Source: Escherichia coli
Lineage (GTDB): Bacteria > Pseudomonadota > Gammaproteobacteria > Enterobacterales > Enterobacteriaceae
Length of the DNA stretch: 64,000 bases
Reading direction: 5' to 3' (one strand)
NCBI RefSeq assembly: GCF_016903815.1
Contig: NZ_CP069973.1
Part shown: positions 10,569-21,369 of the stretch, piece after piece
Position numbering within the stretch: position 1 is the stretch's first letter
How the letters are laid out: every line of letters starts with the position of its first letter
The notes under the pieces: model-generated
What the model was told of the DNA's origin: nothing
The model's database searches: none
Seen by the model: only the letters and a program-made list of their open reading frames with translations
Translations under genes and position numbers: made by a program

Positions 10569-11413
10569 AGATAATTTTCGATTCTTTCGATAGTGTTAAA
10601 ATTGGTGAAAAAAGGTTTGAAAGCAAAGTCTTTATGCCGTTGTAAAAAGAACCATATGCGAAAAAATCTATATTTGCTGTAAGTCTTGTTTTTTATATCA
10701 GTTACATCCAAACCAAAGTGGTCTTGTGCTATGAAATGAATGGTAGCGCTCCAGCCCATAGGATATTTTTGAAAATTTAAAAGAGAGATTTTTTGAGCTG
10801 AGATATCATGAATGCTGATTCCCAGGCCATTAAAATTATCTTTAAAATCATTGAATTTATTTAGTCTTGATGAAAGTAATTCGATCTTAATCTTTTGTAG
10901 GAGAAGAGGCCGGTATCCTATCGTAGGTGTTGAAGAAATATCATTTTCGATACATTCTTTGATTACACGTATTGGGCTATTATAATCATATTTGTTTATT
11001 CGTTCATGAAAAGATAAGTTCAATTCCTGGCTATGGAAACTGTTGCCATTTCCATATCTAAAATGATCAATCAGATCCTGGATGAGTGTTTTGTATTGTC
11101 CAAAAAAGGAAAACATTTTTGCCAGATCTTTCATTTCTGCAAATAAAATATCAATACATTCACTTTGTGATATTTTTGTTCCGGAAGTTGGAACACTAAA
11201 AGCACCATAAGTAGAATTCGGCCCAGGAAAATGGTATTTAATGAGGCGGTAAGGATCAACTTTTGCAGAGATGTCGCTTAAGCCGAGTGAGAGAAAATCT
11301 TGTTCTTCCATATCCCCATATTGCATATCATCAGCAGAAAAATCATCGAATAAAGTAATAGTTTCGAAAAGTGTACAGGGCATATTAATTGATGAGCCTA
11401 ATATGTTGTTCAT
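10565..11413 (-). CDS. hypothetical 282-aa soluble protein; candidate orphan effector/toxin
   Basis: Long ORF in a strongly AT-rich block between corA and rarD; no signal peptide; translationally coupled to the downstream 163-aa gene; family not recognised. Confidence 0.55.
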   Translation of the reverse strand: MNNILGSSINMPCTLFETITLFDDFSADDMQYGDMEEQDFLSLGLSDISAKVDPYRLIKYHFPGPNSTYGAFSVPTSGTKISQSECIDILFAEMKDLAKMFSFFGQYKTLIQDLIDHFRYGNGNSFHSQELNLSFHERINKYDYNSPIRVIKECIENDISSTPTIGYRPLLLQKIKIELLSSRLNKFNDFKDNFNGLGISIHDISAQKISLLNFQKYPMGWSATIHFIAQDHFGLDVTDIKNKTYSKYRFFRIWFFLQRHKDFAFKPFFTNFNTIERIENYL

Positions 11414-11723
11414 TTATATTCTCCTTTCTTATAATTAAGGGCAATGTTAATTTGATAAGAAATAATAGGGTAAAAAAATTTTAAAAAAGAAATGCACTTC
11501 ACATTTTTCATTACATTCTGAAGAGAACTTGGTTAATGATTGGTCTTGCTCATCGCTAATAACATAATGCTGAATTTACTAAAAATGAAATTTATTAAAG
11601 CAAATGAAAATATACAACGACGTCTGGAAATTCTGCCTTTCCTTATGTGAGTCTCCTGTCAGCATGGCAATATGCCCACTCTCATGCAAGAGTCGGCATA
11701 TTTTTTCAGAATATATTTATTTT

Positions 11724-12614
11724 TTATTTGGACGTTCTACGCTGCGTATAAATCGCATCCATCACAAAAATTGCCAGCGCCACCCAAATAAAGGCGAAGG
11801 TCACCATCTTATCGGCACCCGGTTTTTCACCATAAAACGTCACAGCCAGCAGGAACATCAGCGTCGGGCCAATGTACTGAAAAAAGCCTAACGTTGAGAG
11901 ACGCAGGCGTGTCGCAGCCGCAGTAAAACACAACAGCGGTACGGTAGTGACAATCCCGGCGGCGATCAGCAGTAAATTCAGTGACATCGGGTTTTGCCCC
12001 ATATGGCTAGTTGAGCTGTCGGCAATAGCAAACAGGTAAATCGCCGCCACGGGCAGCAACCACATAGTTTCGATTAACATGCCGGTTTGCGCTTCAACAG
12101 CAATCTTCTTGCGTACCAGGCCGTAGAAGGCAAAACTAAACGCCAGCCCCAGCGCGATAATCGGTAGTGAACCAAAAGTCCACAACTGAACCAACACGCC
12201 ACATATCGCCAGAATCACCGCCAGCCATTGCATCCGGCGGAATCGCTCGCCGAGGAAAATCATCCCTAGCACAATGTTCACCAGCGGGTTAATAAAGTAA
12301 CCAAGGCTCGCTTCCAGCATATGGTGATTGTTCACCGCCCAGATAAACAGTAGCCAGTTGCCACCAATCAGCACGGCAGAGACTGCCAGCATAAAAATTT
12401 TCTGTGGCGTCTGAATCAGCGTTTTTAAATAGGACCACTGGCGGCAGATGCTCATCAGCACCACCATAAAGAAAAACGACCAGATCACGCGATGCGTCAG
12501 GATCTCATCGGCGGGCACGTAGTAAATTAGCTTGAAGTACGCTGGCGCAATACCCCAAATAAAATAAGCGGCAAGAGCGAGTAATACGCCCTGCCGCGTT
12601 TGTTTTGCATCCAT
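11724..12614 (-). CDS. rarD: DMT-superfamily transporter RarD
   Basis: 296 aa, about ten hydrophobic helices; conserved position. Confidence 0.9.
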   Translation of the reverse strand: MDAKQTRQGVLLALAAYFIWGIAPAYFKLIYYVPADEILTHRVIWSFFFMVVLMSICRQWSYLKTLIQTPQKIFMLAVSAVLIGGNWLLFIWAVNNHHMLEASLGYFINPLVNIVLGMIFLGERFRRMQWLAVILAICGVLVQLWTFGSLPIIALGLAFSFAFYGLVRKKIAVEAQTGMLIETMWLLPVAAIYLFAIADSSTSHMGQNPMSLNLLLIAAGIVTTVPLLCFTAAATRLRLSTLGFFQYIGPTLMFLLAVTFYGEKPGADKMVTFAFIWVALAIFVMDAIYTQRRTSK

Positions 12615-12665
12615 CGGGAATACTCATTTTTAATTGGTAACAGCAGTTTACCTGCTTTTACGTTA

Positions 12666-13133
12666 TCAACCTACCATATAGGTGGCTGTAGCACTGGCAA
12701 TATAAAGCTGTTCTTCATTGTGTAATTCAACGCGGGCGACGGCGACTTTATTGCCTGCACGTAACAGGCTACTGGTAGCAGTAAAACGCTCGCCTCTGCC
12801 TGGGCGCAGATAATCGACGCGAAGATCAATGGTCCCCATTCGCGATAGCCGCTGACGTAGTTCATCTTCACTGATGGTTTCGTGGCGGGTTAAGGTACTT
12901 CCCACGCACACCAGACCGGCGGCGACATCCAGCGCCGACGCAATGACCCCGCCGTGCAAAATGCTTTGCGCCCAGTTACCCACCATCATTGGCTGATTTT
13001 TAAAGGCCAGCTGTGCGAACTCTTTTTCGTAACGCTCCAGTTCCATCCCCAATGCGCGGTTAAATGGCATGTGATAAACAAACATCTCACCCACTAATTT
13101 CAGGGCTTGTTCAGCGGTCAGTACGGCAGACAT
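12666..13133 (-). CDS. yigI: PaaI-like acyl-CoA thioesterase YigI
   Basis: 155 aa from ATG at 13133 ([14 protein letters not shown]...); hotdog-fold family. Confidence 0.85.
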   Translation of the reverse strand: MSAVLTAEQALKLVGEMFVYHMPFNRALGMELERYEKEFAQLAFKNQPMMVGNWAQSILHGGVIASALDVAAGLVCVGSTLTRHETISEDELRQRLSRMGTIDLRVDYLRPGRGERFTATSSLLRAGNKVAVARVELHNEEQLYIASATATYMVG

Positions 13134-13297
13134 ATCATCCTTACACTTCATTAGTTAATGAAATGTTGATTTTATGCTTCTTTGTTGTTGGTTTCTACTT
13201 TAGGAAGGGATAACTAACGGCTATGGAGTTAAGTATGTAAAATAGCCCGCAGAAAAATATTCACCTTATCAATAATTCGTTACGGAGAACACGAGCG

Positions 13298-14167
13298 ATG
13301 CGGACTCTGCAGGGCTGGTTGTTGCCGGTGTTTATGTTGCCTATGGCAGTATATGCACAAGAGGCAACGGTGAAAGAGGTGCATGACGCGCCAGCGGTGC
13401 GTGGCAGTATTATCGCCAATATGCTGCAGGAGCATGACAATCCGTTCACCCTTTATCCTTATGACACCAACTACATCATCTATACCCAAACCAGCGATCT
13501 GAATAAAGAAGCGATTGCCAGTTACGACTGGGCGGAAAATGCGCGTAAGGATGAAGTAAAGTTTCAGTTGAGCCTGGCGTTTCCGCTGTGGCGTGGGATT
13601 TTAGGCCCGAACTCGGTGTTGGGTGCGTCTTATACGCAAAAATCCTGGTGGCAACTGTCCAATAGCGAAGAGTCTTCACCGTTTCGTGAAACCAACTACG
13701 AACCGCAATTGTTCCTCGGTTTTGCTACCGATTACCGTTTTGCAGGTTGGACGCTGCGCGATGTGGAGATGGGGTATAACCACGACTCTAACGGGCGTTC
13801 AGACCCGACCTCCCGTAGCTGGAACCGCCTTTATACCCGCCTGATGGCAGAAAACGGTAACTGGCTGGTAGAGGTGAAGCCGTGGTATGTGGTGGGTAAT
13901 ACTGACGATAACCCGGATATCACCAAATATATGGGTTACTACCAGCTTAAAATTGGCTATCACCTCGGTGATGCGGTGTTGAGTGCGAAAGGACAGTACA
14001 ACTGGAACACGGGCTACGGCGGCGCGGAGTTAGGCTTAAGTTACCAGATCACCAAACATGTGCGCCTTTATACTCAGGTTTACAGCGGTTACGGCGAATC
14101 GCTCATCGACTATAACTTCAACCAGACCCGCGTTGGTGTAGGGGTTATGCTAAACGACTTGTTTTGA
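13298..14167 (+). CDS. pldA: outer-membrane phospholipase A
   Basis: 289 aa with signal peptide; matches remembered PldA including the catalytic region around YNHDSNGRSD. Confidence 0.95.
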   Translation: MRTLQGWLLPVFMLPMAVYAQEATVKEVHDAPAVRGSIIANMLQEHDNPFTLYPYDTNYIIYTQTSDLNKEAIASYDWAENARKDEVKFQLSLAFPLWRGILGPNSVLGASYTQKSWWQLSNSEESSPFRETNYEPQLFLGFATDYRFAGWTLRDVEMGYNHDSNGRSDPTSRSWNRLYTRLMAENGNWLVEVKPWYVVGNTDDNPDITKYMGYYQLKIGYHLGDAVLSAKGQYNWNTGYGGAELGLSYQITKHVRLYTQVYSGYGESLIDYNFNQTRVGVGVMLNDLF

Positions 14168-14293
14168 TGAACGGTTGAGTGGTTGGCAAATCTGGAATCC
14201 AGTATCCAGGATTACCCTCTCAGAGACTAAAAGCATTGCAGTTTCTCGCGCAGGCGCTGAAAATAGCGCCTGTTTTTATTTCAGGCAATCGGG

Positions 14294-16129
14294 GTGAATG
14301 TGGCGCAGGCGGAAGTGTTGAATCTGGAGTCCGGAGCTAAACAGGTTTTACAAGAAACCTTTGGCTACCAACAGTTTCGCCCCGGCCAGGAAGAAATTAT
14401 CGACACTGTGCTTTCCGGCCGCGATTGCCTCGTCGTCATGCCCACTGGTGGCGGAAAATCCCTTTGCTATCAAATTCCTGCCTTATTGCTAAACGGCCTT
14501 ACCGTGGTTGTTTCACCGCTGATTTCGTTGATGAAAGATCAGGTGGATCAACTGCAAGCCAACGGCGTGGCGGCGGCGTGCCTTAACTCGACGCAAACCC
14601 GCGAGCAGCAACTTGAAGTTATGACAGGCTGTCGCACCGGGCAAATCCGCCTGCTTTATATCGCGCCGGAACGTCTGATGCTGGATAACTTTCTTGAGCA
14701 TCTGGCGCACTGGAATCCGGTGTTATTAGCCGTTGATGAAGCGCACTGTATCTCCCAATGGGGTCACGATTTCCGCCCGGAATACGCTGCCCTCGGTCAG
14801 CTGCGTCAGCGTTTTCCGACGCTGCCGTTTATGGCGCTGACTGCCACAGCCGATGACACCACGCGCCAGGATATCGTGCGCCTGCTGGGGCTGAACGATC
14901 CGCTGATTCAAATCAGCAGTTTTGACCGTCCGAATATTCGCTACATGCTGATGGAGAAATTCAAACCGCTCGATCAGTTGATGCGTTATGTACAGGAACA
15001 ACGCGGTAAGTCGGGGATTATTTACTGTAATAGTCGTGCGAAAGTAGAAGACACCGCTGCGCGCCTGCAAAGCAAGGGAATTAGCGCGGCGGCCTATCAT
15101 GCCGGGCTGGAAAATAATGTTCGCGCTGATGTGCAGGAGAAATTCCAGCGCGATGACCTGCAAATTGTGGTGGCGACGGTGGCGTTCGGCATGGGCATCA
15201 ATAAACCAAACGTTCGCTTCGTGGTGCATTTTGATATTCCGCGCAACATTGAATCCTATTATCAGGAAACCGGACGCGCCGGGCGTGATGGCCTGCCCGC
15301 GGAAGCGATGCTGTTTTACGATCCGGCGGATATGGCGTGGCTGCGTCGTTGTCTGGAAGAGAAACCGCAGGGGCAGTTACAGGATATCGAACGTCATAAA
15401 CTCAATGCGATGGGCGCGTTTGCCGAAGCGCAAACTTGCCGTCGTCTGGTGCTGCTGAACTACTTTGGCGAAGGGCGGCAGGAGCCGTGCGGGAACTGCG
15501 ATATCTGCCTCGATCCGCCGAAACAATACGATGGTTCAACCGATGCTCAGATTGCCCTTTCCACCATTGGTCGTGTGAATCAGCGGTTTGGGATGGGTTA
15601 TGTGGTGGAAGTGATTCGTGGCGCTAATAACCAGCGTATCCGCGACTATGGTCATGACAAACTGAAAGTCTATGGCATGGGCCGTGATAAAAGCCATGAA
15701 CATTGGGTGAGCGTGATCCGCCAGCTGATTCACCTCGGCTTGGTGACGCAAAATATTGCCCAGCATTCTGCCCTACAACTGACAGAGGCTGCGCGTCCGG
15801 TGCTGCGCGGCGAATCCTCTTTGCAACTTGCCGTGCCACGTATCGTGGCGCTCAAACCGAAAGCGATGCAGAAATCCTTCGGCGGCAACTACGATCGCAA
15901 ACTGTTCGCCAAATTACGCAAACTGCGTAAATCGATTGCCGATGAAAGCAATGTCCCGCCGTACGTGGTGTTTAACGACGCAACCTTGATTGAGATGGCG
16001 GAACAGATGCCGATCACTGCCAGCGAAATGCTCAGCGTTAACGGCGTTGGGATGCGCAAGCTGGAACGCTTTGGCAAACCGTTTATGGCGCTGATTCGTG
16101 CACATGTTGATGGCGATGACGAAGAGTAG
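14294..16129 (+). CDS. recQ: ATP-dependent DNA helicase RecQ
   Basis: ~610 aa; helicase motifs PTGGGKS, DEAH, zinc-binding and HRDC regions; start is a GTG at 14294 or 14300. Confidence 0.95.
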   Translation: MNVAQAEVLNLESGAKQVLQETFGYQQFRPGQEEIIDTVLSGRDCLVVMPTGGGKSLCYQIPALLLNGLTVVVSPLISLMKDQVDQLQANGVAAACLNSTQTREQQLEVMTGCRTGQIRLLYIAPERLMLDNFLEHLAHWNPVLLAVDEAHCISQWGHDFRPEYAALGQLRQRFPTLPFMALTATADDTTRQDIVRLLGLNDPLIQISSFDRPNIRYMLMEKFKPLDQLMRYVQEQRGKSGIIYCNSRAKVEDTAARLQSKGISAAAYHAGLENNVRADVQEKFQRDDLQIVVATVAFGMGINKPNVRFVVHFDIPRNIESYYQETGRAGRDGLPAEAMLFYDPADMAWLRRCLEEKPQGQLQDIERHKLNAMGAFAEAQTCRRLVLLNYFGEGRQEPCGNCDICLDPPKQYDGSTDAQIALSTIGRVNQRFGMGYVVEVIRGANNQRIRDYGHDKLKVYGMGRDKSHEHWVSVIRQLIHLGLVTQNIAQHSALQLTEAARPVLRGESSLQLAVPRIVALKPKAMQKSFGGNYDRKLFAKLRKLRKSIADESNVPPYVVFNDATLIEMAEQMPITASEMLSVNGVGMRKLERFGKPFMALIRAHVDGDDEE

Positions 16130-16192
16130 TCAGCAGGATAAAAAAGTGCCAGGATGAAGACTCCGTAAACGTTTCCCCCGCGAGTCTAATGT

Positions 16193-16813
16193 ATGTTGAT
16201 GTTATTCCTCACCGTCGCCATGGTGCACATTGTGGCGCTTATGAGCCCCGGTCCCGATTTCTTTTTTGTCTCTCAGACCGCTGTCAGTCGTTCCCGTAAA
16301 GAAGCGATGATGGGCGTGCTGGGCATTACCTGCGGCGTAATGGTTTGGGCTGGGATTGCGTTGCTTGGCCTGCATTTTATTATCGAAAAAATGGCCTGGC
16401 TGCATACACTGATTATGGTGGGCGGTGGCCTGTATCTCTGCTGGATGGGTTATCAGATGCTGCGTAGCGCACTGAAAAAAGAGGTCGTTTCTGCGCCTGC
16501 GCCACAGGTAGAACTGGCAAAAAGCGGACGCAGTTTCCTGAAAGGCTTACTGACCAATCTCGCCAATCCGAAAGCGATTATCTACTTTGGTTCGGTATTC
16601 TCGCTGTTTGTCGGCGATAACGTCGGCACCACTGAGCGCTGGGGCATTTTCGCGTTGATTATTATCGAAACACTGGCGTGGTTTACCGTCGTTGCCAGCC
16701 TGTTTGCCCTGCCGCAAATGCGCCGTGGTTATCAACGTCTGGCGAAGTGGATTGATGGTTTTGCCGGGGCGTTATTTGCCGGATTTGGCATTCATTTGAT
16801 TATTTCGCGTTGA
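16193..16813 (+). CDS. rhtC: threonine efflux protein RhtC (LysE family)
   Basis: 206 aa polytopic membrane protein; matches remembered RhtC. Confidence 0.9.
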   Translation: MLMLFLTVAMVHIVALMSPGPDFFFVSQTAVSRSRKEAMMGVLGITCGVMVWAGIALLGLHFIIEKMAWLHTLIMVGGGLYLCWMGYQMLRSALKKEVVSAPAPQVELAKSGRSFLKGLLTNLANPKAIIYFGSVFSLFVGDNVGTTERWGIFALIIIETLAWFTVVASLFALPQMRRGYQRLAKWIDGFAGALFAGFGIHLIISR

Positions 16814-16835
16814 TGCCAGACGCGTCATCAGAGTA

Positions 16836-16870
16836 AGTCGGATAAGGCGTTTACGCCGCATCCGACATTA
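16836..16870. repeat. REP (palindromic unit) between rhtC and rhtB
   Basis: gtcggataaggcgtttacgccgcatccgac imperfect palindrome typical of E. coli REP. Confidence 0.5.
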
Positions 16871-16874
16871 TTTT

Positions 16875-17495
16875 TCACGCATGCCTCGCCGATGCTAACA
16901 GCGCTCCCACCAGCATAAACAACGAGCCGAAAATCTTATTCAGCGCCTTCATCTGCTTTGGTCCTTTAATCCATAGAGCAATCCGTTGAGCAAGGGTGGC
17001 GTAACCGATCATCACAATAATATCGACCACAATAGTCGTGACGCCGAGCACGATATACTGCATCAGCTGCGGCTGTTGCGGCATGATGAATTGCGGAAAT
17101 AGCGCCGCCAGAAACACAATACTTTTGGGATTGGTGAGATTCACAAAAACTGCGCGCTGGAACAAATGTCGACGCGATTGAGTAGAGGCCAGCGATTTAA
17201 GATCAATTGCGCCAGCGGCGCGCCACTGCTGAATCCCAAGCCAAATCAGATAAGCTGCGCCCGCCCACTTCAACACTTCAAACGCAATCACTGAGCGGGA
17301 AAATAGCGTCCCCAAACCCACGCCAACCAGCACAATATGAATCGCCAGTCCGGTCTGAAGCCCAGCAATAGACGCCACCGCGCCGCGATAACCATGGTTG
17401 AGCGAGGTGGTCATGGTGTTGATTGCGCCAGAGCCTGGCGACAGGCTTAAAATGATCGATGTCAGCAGGTAGGCAAACCACCATTCTAAGGTCAT
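16875..17495 (-). CDS. rhtB: homoserine/homoserine-lactone efflux protein RhtB (LysE family)
   Basis: 206 aa polytopic membrane protein convergent with rhtC. Confidence 0.9.
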
Positions 17496-17605
17496 GATGA
17501 ACTCCCGGTGTGTCTATTTTTGTGCCACAATACGCTACTGTCGCAGCGTTGTGTCAGGCACGCTTAAAAAAACGATTTTACGTGGTTTAAGAGGCAGATT
17601 ACCCG

Positions 17606-18628
17606 ATGTTTCAGCAGCAAAAAGACTGGGAAACAAGAGAAAACGCGTTTGCTGCTTTTACCATGGGACCGCTGACTGATTTCTGGCGTCAGCGAGATGA
17701 AGCAGAGTTTACTGGTGTGGATGACATTCCGGTGCGCTTTGTCCGTTTTCGCGCACAGCACCATGACCGGGTGGTAGTCATCTGCCCGGGGCGTATTGAG
17801 AGCTACGTAAAATATGCGGAACTGGCCTACGACCTGTTCCATTTGGGGTTTGATGTCTTAATCATCGACCATCGCGGGCAGGGACGTTCCGGTCGCCTGT
17901 TAGCCGATCCGCATCTCGGGCATGTTAATCGCTTTAATGATTATGTTGATGATCTGGCGGCATTCTGGCAACAGGAAGTTCAGCCCGGTCCGTGGCGTAA
18001 ACGTTATATACTGGCACATTCGATGGGCGGTGCGATCTCCACATTATTTCTGCAACACCATCCAGGTGTATGTGACGCCATTGCGCTAACTGCGCCAATG
18101 TTTGGGATCGTGATTCGTATGCCGTCATTTATGGCACGGCAGATCCTCAACTGGGCCGAAGCGCATCCACGTTTCCGTGATGGCTATGCAATAGGCACCG
18201 GGCGCTGGCGCGCGTTGCCGTTTGCTATCAACGTACTGACCCACAGCAGACAGCGATATCGACGTAACTTACGCTTTTATGCTGATGACCCAACGATTCG
18301 CGTCGGTGGGCCGACCTACCATTGGGTACGCGAAAGTATTCTGGCTGGCGAACAGGTGTTAGCCGGTGCGGGTGATGACACCACGCCAACGCTTCTCTTA
18401 CAAGCTGAAGAGGAACGCGTGGTGGATAACCGCATGCATGACCGTTTTTGTGAACTCCGCACCGCTGCGGGCCATCCTGTCGAAGGAGGACGGCCGTTGG
18501 TAATTAAAGGTGCGTACCATGAGATCCTTTTTGAAAAGGACGCAATGCGCTCAGTCGCGCTCCACGCCATCGTTGATTTTTTCAACAGGCATAACTCACC
18601 CAGCGGAAACCGCTCTACAGAGGTTTAA
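17606..18628 (+). CDS. pldB: lysophospholipase L2
   Basis: 340 aa alpha/beta hydrolase with GHSMGG nucleophile elbow. Confidence 0.9.
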   Translation: MFQQQKDWETRENAFAAFTMGPLTDFWRQRDEAEFTGVDDIPVRFVRFRAQHHDRVVVICPGRIESYVKYAELAYDLFHLGFDVLIIDHRGQGRSGRLLADPHLGHVNRFNDYVDDLAAFWQQEVQPGPWRKRYILAHSMGGAISTLFLQHHPGVCDAIALTAPMFGIVIRMPSFMARQILNWAEAHPRFRDGYAIGTGRWRALPFAINVLTHSRQRYRRNLRFYADDPTIRVGGPTYHWVRESILAGEQVLAGAGDDTTPTLLLQAEEERVVDNRMHDRFCELRTAAGHPVEGGRPLVIKGAYHEILFEKDAMRSVALHAIVDFFNRHNSPSGNRSTEV

Positions 18629-18635
18629 ATTTCTT

Positions 18636-19436
18636 ATGTACCAGGTTGTTGCGTCTGATTTAGATGGCACGTTACTTTCTCCCGACCATACGTTATCCCC
18701 TTACGCCAAAGAAACTCTGAAGCTGCTCACCGCGCGCGGCATCAACTTTGTGTTTGCGACCGGTCGTCACCACGTTGATGTGGGGCAAATTCGCGATAAT
18801 CTGGAGATTAAGTCTTACATGATTACCTCCAATGGCGCGCGCGTTCACGATCTGGATGGCAATCTGATTTTTGCTCATAACCTGGATCGCGACATTGCCA
18901 GCGATCTGTTTGGCGTAGTCAACGACAATCCGGACATCATTACTAACGTTTATCGCGACGACGAATGGTTTATGAATCGCCATCGCCCAGAAGAGATGCG
19001 CTTTTTTAAAGAAGCGGTGTTCAAATATGCGCTGTATGAGCCTGGATTACTGGAGCCGGAAGGCGTCAGCAAAGTGTTCTTCACCTGCGATTCCCATGAA
19101 CAACTGCTGCCGCTGGAGCAGGCGATTAACGCTCGCTGGGGCGATCGCGTCAACGTCAGTTTCTCTACCTTAACCTGTCTGGAAGTGATGGCGGGCGGCG
19201 TGTCGAAAGGCCATGCGTTGGAAGCAGTGGCGAAGAAACTGGGCTACAGCCTGAAGGATTGTATTGCCTTTGGTGACGGGATGAACGACGCCGAAATGCT
19301 GTCGATGGCGGGGAAAGGCTGCATTATGGGCAGTGCGCACCAGCGTCTGAAAGATCTGCATCCGGAGCTGGAAGTGATTGGTACTAATGCCGACGACGCG
19401 GTGCCGCATTATCTGCGTAAGCTCTATTTATCGTAA
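18636..19436 (+). CDS. yigL: HAD-family sugar phosphatase YigL (Cof-type)
   Basis: 266 aa from ATG at 18636; HAD motif I SDLDGTLL. Confidence 0.85.
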   Translation: MYQVVASDLDGTLLSPDHTLSPYAKETLKLLTARGINFVFATGRHHVDVGQIRDNLEIKSYMITSNGARVHDLDGNLIFAHNLDRDIASDLFGVVNDNPDIITNVYRDDEWFMNRHRPEEMRFFKEAVFKYALYEPGLLEPEGVSKVFFTCDSHEQLLPLEQAINARWGDRVNVSFSTLTCLEVMAGGVSKGHALEAVAKKLGYSLKDCIAFGDGMNDAEMLSMAGKGCIMGSAHQRLKDLHPELEVIGTNADDAVPHYLRKLYLS

Positions 19437-19511
19437 TCGTTCTTTATTTGGCCAGTTGTCAACCTGATACTTCGCTACAATGGATACTCGTTAATCAAAG
19501 AGTTTTCCATT

Positions 19512-20411
19512 GTGGCGCTACTTATCATCACCACGATTCTGTGGGCCTTCTCCTTTAGCTTTTATGGCGAGTACCTTGCGGGGCACGTCGATAGCTATTT
19601 TGCGGTGCTGGTGCGCGTTGGCCTGGCGGCACTCGTTTTTTTGCCGTTTCTGCGTACCCGTGGCAATAGCCTGAAAACGGTCGGCCTGTATATGCTGGTG
19701 GGCGCGATGCAGCTCGGCGTGATGTATATGCTGAGTTTTCGCGCCTATCTCTACCTGACGGTCTCCGAATTGTTGCTGTTCACCGTACTGACGCCGCTCT
19801 ACATTACGTTGATTTATGACATCATGAGTAAGCGCCGTCTGCGCTGGGGCTATGCTTTTAGCGCCTTGTTGGCGGTGATTGGTGCCGGGATTATTCGCTA
19901 TGATCAGGTCACCGACCACTTCTGGATTGGCCTGCTGCTGGTGCAGCTCTCCAATATCACTTTTGCCATCGGCATGGTGGGTTACAAACGTCTGATGGAA
20001 ACTCGCCCGATGCCGCAGCATAACGCCTTTGCGTGGTTCTATCTTGGCGCGTTCCTGGTGGCGGTGATTGCATGGTTCTTGCTGGGAAATGCGCAGAAAA
20101 TGCCACAAACCACGTTGCAATGGGGCATTCTGGTGTTTCTTGGCGTGGTGGCTTCCGGGATTGGCTACTTTATGTGGAACTACGGCGCAACCCAAGTAGA
20201 CGCCGGAACGCTGGGTATTATGAATAATATGCACGTTCCGGCAGGGCTGCTGGTAAACCTGGCTATCTGGCACCAACAGCCGCACTGGCCAACGTTCATT
20301 ACAGGCGCGCTGGTGATCCTGGCCTCACTGTGGGTGCATCGTAAGTGGGTCGCTCCGCGCTCTTCACAAACGGCAGATGATCGCAGGCGTGATTGCGCGC
20401 TGAGCGAATAA
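19512..20411 (+). CDS. yigM: DMT-family transporter YigM (biotin transporter BioP)
   Basis: 299 aa, ten TM helices, GTG start; 3' end overlaps the 3' end of convergent metR. Confidence 0.8.
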   Translation: MALLIITTILWAFSFSFYGEYLAGHVDSYFAVLVRVGLAALVFLPFLRTRGNSLKTVGLYMLVGAMQLGVMYMLSFRAYLYLTVSELLLFTVLTPLYITLIYDIMSKRRLRWGYAFSALLAVIGAGIIRYDQVTDHFWIGLLLVQLSNITFAIGMVGYKRLMETRPMPQHNAFAWFYLGAFLVAVIAWFLLGNAQKMPQTTLQWGILVFLGVVASGIGYFMWNYGATQVDAGTLGIMNNMHVPAGLLVNLAIWHQQPHWPTFITGALVILASLWVHRKWVAPRSSQTADDRRRDCALSE

Positions 20412-21252
20412 ACGCTTCAGTAATCGGCTGACGCTGCTCGCCATCGCGCACGGCGGCGTACAGTCGGCTCCACAAGCCTTCGCCCAGGGTTTTGGTCACC
20501 ACCAGACCCTGGCGCTCAAAACTCTCTACTACCCAATGCGGCAGGGCGGCAATACCCATCCGCGCGGCAACCATCTGAATCAACAATAAGGTGTTATCGA
20601 CGCTTTTCAGTGACGGGCTGACGCCTGCCGGCTGAAGAAAATGCCGCCAGACATCCAGTCGGCTACGCTGCACCGGATAAATCAACAGCGTCTCGCTGGC
20701 GAGATCTTCCGGTGTAATACGCGTTTTTGCCGCCAGCGGATGGTCAGGTGCCAACACCAGACGCACTTCATAATCGAACATCGGCGAATAATGCAGGCCA
20801 CTGCGCGGCAGAATATCTGACGTCATCACCAGATCCAGCTCGCCCTGTTGCAACGCAGGCTGCGGGTCAAACGTCACGCCCGATTTAAAGTCCATCTCGA
20901 CCTGCGGCCAGTTCTTATGGAAATTTTCTAACGCGGGCGTCAGCCACTGAATACAGCTATGGCACTCAATGGCGATGCGCAGACGCGTCTGCTGCGGTTC
21001 ATTGCAGGCTTGCAGTGCCTGGCTAATTTGTGGCAGCACCTGGTTTGCCAGTTGCAACAGGATTTCTCCCTGCGGTGTAAAGCGAAGCGGCTGGCTCTTA
21101 CGCACAAATAGCCGGAAGCCAAGGCGTTGTTCCAGATCGCTAAACTGGTGAGACAGGGCGGATTGCGTCTGATGCAACGTCGCCGCAGCGGCTGCGAGCG
21201 AGCCGCAGTTCCGCAACGCTTGTAGCGTTTTCAGATGTTTTACTTCGATCAT
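20299..21252 (-). CDS. metR: LysR-type transcriptional regulator MetR
   Basis: 317 aa with N-terminal HTH; divergent from metE. Confidence 0.9.
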   Translation of the reverse strand: MIEVKHLKTLQALRNCGSLAAAAATLHQTQSALSHQFSDLEQRLGFRLFVRKSQPLRFTPQGEILLQLANQVLPQISQALQACNEPQQTRLRIAIECHSCIQWLTPALENFHKNWPQVEMDFKSGVTFDPQPALQQGELDLVMTSDILPRSGLHYSPMFDYEVRLVLAPDHPLAAKTRITPEDLASETLLIYPVQRSRLDVWRHFLQPAGVSPSLKSVDNTLLLIQMVAARMGIAALPHWVVESFERQGLVVTKTLGEGLWSRLYAAVRDGEQRQPITEAFIRSARNHACDHLPFVKSAERPTYDAPTVRPGSPARL

Positions 21253-21369
21253 GAAAGTCCTTCACTTCGGCATGAATAATTTGCGCTTGAGGAATATACA
21301 GTAACCGCCAATTATGGATGTGTAAACATCTGGACGGCTAAATACTAAAAATTCCATAAGGGGCATATA

